Source: Octopus vulgaris
Lineage: Eukaryota
DNA: 64,000 nt
NCBI GenBank assembly: GCA_951406725.2
Contig: OX597817.1
Coordinates: 83,080,001-83,144,000 of the forward strand
Direction: 5' to 3'
The notes beneath the pieces were generated by a model. It saw nothing but the letters and a program-made list of their open reading frames with translations, made no database searches and was not told the DNA's origin. How positions within the stretch are numbered: position 1 is the first letter of the stretch; every line of letters starts with the position of its first letter. Shown piece by piece: positions 59,879 to 64,000 of this stretch. A program made the position numbers and the translations under genes.

Positions 59879-60111
59879 CAGGGTTGGCCAAAAGTGACCT
59901 GATAGTAAATTAAAACCATTTCATTCCAAGATTTATTTATGCTTAATAACTGTATGAACTTAATAAAAGCATGTAAATATGAAACATCATGAGAATAGTT
60001 CAAACTGAAGTCCTTCATGAACGACACATTTTTCCATTCGAGTCAATACAGAATTACAGGTAGTATTTATTGAATTTTGATTTACTGTCGGGTGACTTTT
60101 AACCAACCCTG
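59879..60111 (-). mobile_element. Tc1-type MITE/deletion derivative
   Basis: TIRs CAGGGTTGGCCAAAAGTGACCTGATAGTAAA / TTTACTGTCGGGTGACTTTTAACCAACCCTG, TA TSD. Retains TRMEKCVVHEGLQFE. Confidence 0.85.
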
Positions 60112-60456
60112 TATATTCTCCTGCTCTTCTATTCTTTATTCGAGATGGAGAATAGTTTTTTCTAGTATAATTACATCGATCAGCAGTAAGATATGAAAAA
60201 TAATTACAAAGTCCTTGAAATAACATCGAGCAACATTTAAATTTGTTTATTTTCATCATTATGTCTTACGTCTCTTATCGCAGTATTTCTCTTTGTTCTG
60301 CTATAGCTTGAGAAGGCGTGTCTCTTCCCGTTGCTATAGCATTGTAGCTGTTCTAGCAAACCGGCTGTTAAAATATACTAAATATATATTCTGTGGAAGT
60401 TTATGTGTTGAAGTCAAAGTGATAGTAAACACATCCAGTTGGTAACACGATAACCC

Positions 60457-60604
60457 TTCTTCTTCTTCTTCTTCTTCTTCTTCTTCTTCTTCTTCTTCTT
60501 CTTCTTCTTCTTCTTCTTCTTCTTCTTCTTCTTCTTCTATTTCTTCTTCTTCTTCTTCTTCTTCTTCTTCTTCTTCTTCTTCTACTTCTACTTCTTCTTC
60601 TTCA
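60457..60604. repeat. (TTC)n microsatellite
   Basis: Direct reading. Confidence 0.95.
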
Positions 60605-60678
60605 TTCATCTTGCACTTCTGCTTACCATTTTTATTGTAATAGTGTGATGAGCTGCCAGAATCATGTTTATTGTTATA

Positions 60679-61232
<554 letters not shown>

Positions 61233-62978
61233 TTATATTTTTCGGAAGGAAAAGTCACTTGTTCGCATCTCGTAAGTTTTGTTTCAATGTTTGGTATATG
61301 CATCTTCCTAAGATCGAGCTGGCTTTTCGAAACATTGGCCCTCGAAAGGCGAAATTTAAAATTTATCATTGAAAACTCCATATTTAAAACAAAAGGGGGA
61401 TCTACATTGATTCCCATATCGAAATAGGTGATGGTGGCCCCAAAAGCTATTATGAAAATAGCTTCTCTCTTAAGCGTAATACTGCAGTCAACAGACGATG
61501 AACAAACAATGAAAACAATGTAAAAGAACGTGCAACAATACCACCACACCAACCCTCTTTACGTCATATAAAAGAAAATATCAAGAACAACAGTAACGAC
61601 AAAAAGACAAATACAAAAGCAACGAAAATGAGTCCACAGAACAATAAACAACAAACTAATTTTCCATTCAAAACACCTGCAAGCTGCCAACACTATTAAC
61701 TACTCCCTTCGCCGCCAACACTGTTAACGCCAATTCGACAAACAATGACAATGAATCTTCTAAATCTAGCTTTAGCGGTTTAACCGTCGGGATACATCAA
61801 ATAAGCGAAAAAATTTTTATTGACATGAACTAAAGAGTGGGGAAAATATGTTGGAGAAATATAGCCGAAACCTGACGCTGAACATCCAAAGATCTGTCCA
61901 GCACAAATCTACAGCACATGCATATACAAACTATAGGGACAAAAAGGAGACAAAAGTAGAATGTGCAGCACACCAGCAAACCGAAAATTGTGTTAGACAA
62001 ATGTGGAACACAAATACTCATATAGCCAGAGGAAAGAAATTCGGAACAGATGAGACAAGAAAGCAGTCGACAACTACTCTAACGAGTGACAAAACTGGTC
62101 CTCGTACAGACTTAACTTGGCTGTAGGCTTTTTAAAATAATGATAAGCAACGTGCCTCCAAAAATCGACACCTGCTGGTTGGTGGCGGACGATTTTTCCT
62201 TTATGGAAGAGAAGACTTGTATTCTGCAGTCATAGAAGGTTCAGAAACAGAACTGCTCAGGTAAAGGCACATAAAGTTTCATACAGACATGGAAATGATA
62301 CCAGGCCTGATTAATCTACTAGACGATCCAAAAATACACGTTCGTCGAAGACAAAATGCAGAGGTATCACTTGTGTGGTAACACAAATCACCTCATTGAT
62401 TTTTGTGTCCAGCAAAATGAAAGAAGGGATATTACCATCACCACCATCAACATCTCAACAACAATGACAACAACAAATGCAAGGAAATAATTTTATCTCG
62501 GTAACTGATTGAGCAACCAGAGAGCATTACCAATTTTAGAAAAAATGCGGACACATGAGCAGTGCTTACCTGATATGAATACGTAGAATATACATTTTCT
62601 TCCACTACATAAACAACATTAAAATATTCAGTAAAACATTGTCCAGATCTCAATACCCTGCTACTCTGACGACTGTGACCAGGGCTGTGACACATCTAAC
62701 CTCCACAGACTCAGTGTAACCAGTGATCACCATGCGATCCTGAACATGCATTGTAGATAAACGAAAATGCCCTCTCAGTAATAATTTCCGCTAGGAAACG
62801 TGAATTAAAAAAATTTGTTTCGATGATTTTAGAAAGCTAAAGTAACAAATTCATGATATAAATATTTCAATACACTCTTGCACATAAGGGAGCTTTTTAA
62901 ACACGCACCAGTTCGAAAGTTATGTGCGCATGTCTGTGTATGTTATATTTACCATATACTATATATATCATATATAAT

Positions 62979-63080
<102 letters not shown>

Positions 63081-64000
63081 GCATCTTTCTCTGTGTGTGT
63101 GTGTGCATAATTATTGAGGCATTTTTTCAACAAATTTTATTCATTTTATTCAACAAACCAATAATAACATGTAACAAAAACATATTTAAATGATTAATAC
63201 GGACCATATTCACTCTCTACTTCAAATACTGCTTCCCATTTGCTTGGCAGACGGTCAGACCGTCATGTAAATATGTTTTTGTTAAATATTGTTATTGTTT
63301 TTGTTGAATTAAATTTGTTGAAAAAAAGCCGCAATAATTATAACCCAACTCTCTCTATATATATAGACACACATATACATTTAAAAATGTAGATATATAC
63401 ACGTGTGTGCGTCTGTGTGTCTGTAAATATGCTTGCATGATGTGAATTGGAATAGTTTCTTCAAATGTGGAAAGTGACGGAAAGCTTTCTGCGACAAGAA
63501 CATATACTTAAATGTAAGCAAACTTATATCACATTAAGGAACCGAAACGAGCTTTAGTCAATGAAATTCAGCTGCATATTGTACAGAAGAATCAGCATCA
63601 TTAATGGCAATTTCTCTCAAAAACATTCTTATGTCGATATTGTAATTTTCACCAACATATTATTGAATGTTGCTTTTCCTAAGGTCGTATGTGTTGCCAG
63701 TCGTTCGAAAGTATAGCTACTGTAAAGAATACATTACACTAAGGATACTAACAGGCCCGATATATATACGGCGTTGTCCTTGTATTTGCCAGAAATGTGT
63801 ACACTCGGGCAGATCCTTCTTATTGCTTTACTTTCTCTAATTCTCCATCCCCTCCTAAATTGCCTGCATCCTGTCACTGCATTTGCTTCTGTTCCTCTTC
63901 TTTCAGTCACTGCTTAAATTCCTCGCACCAAAATGTAAAATGCTTTATATCATTCTTCCCGTCCTGACGAAGGAAGTCGGTATTACGCAAATGTTAATAT

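Overview
AT-rich, microsatellite-dense eukaryotic intergenic or intronic DNA. The SINE families and repeat spectrum suggest an octopus or other cephalopod genome (inference). I find no convincing host protein-coding gene: most ORF-track entries are (TA)n/(CA)n artefacts or transposon relics. The window holds many nested transposable elements: mariner, maT/Tc1, hAT-Charlie, Sola1-like, Helitron, RTE and CR1 LINEs, three tRNA-type SINE families, and at least 8 Penelope-like element (PLE) insertions. Highlights: (1) a nearly full-length Naiad-type PLE (9877-14290) with intact RT and GIY-YIG motifs, one homopolymer frameshift, two long in-frame Asn-rich inserts and a 3' hammerhead ribozyme; (2) several more hammerheads, including a ~380-bp-arm foldback with one in each arm; (3) a 56-nt rearranged 18S rRNA fragment (57032-57087) in a (TA)n tract, whose boundary falls exactly at the known reverse-transcriptase stop, m1acp3-pseudouridine; (4) a Helitron splitting a Sola1-like transposase and carrying a tandem array of SINE-derived units. 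Coordinates were read by eye, and family names come from recalled motifs, not database searches.
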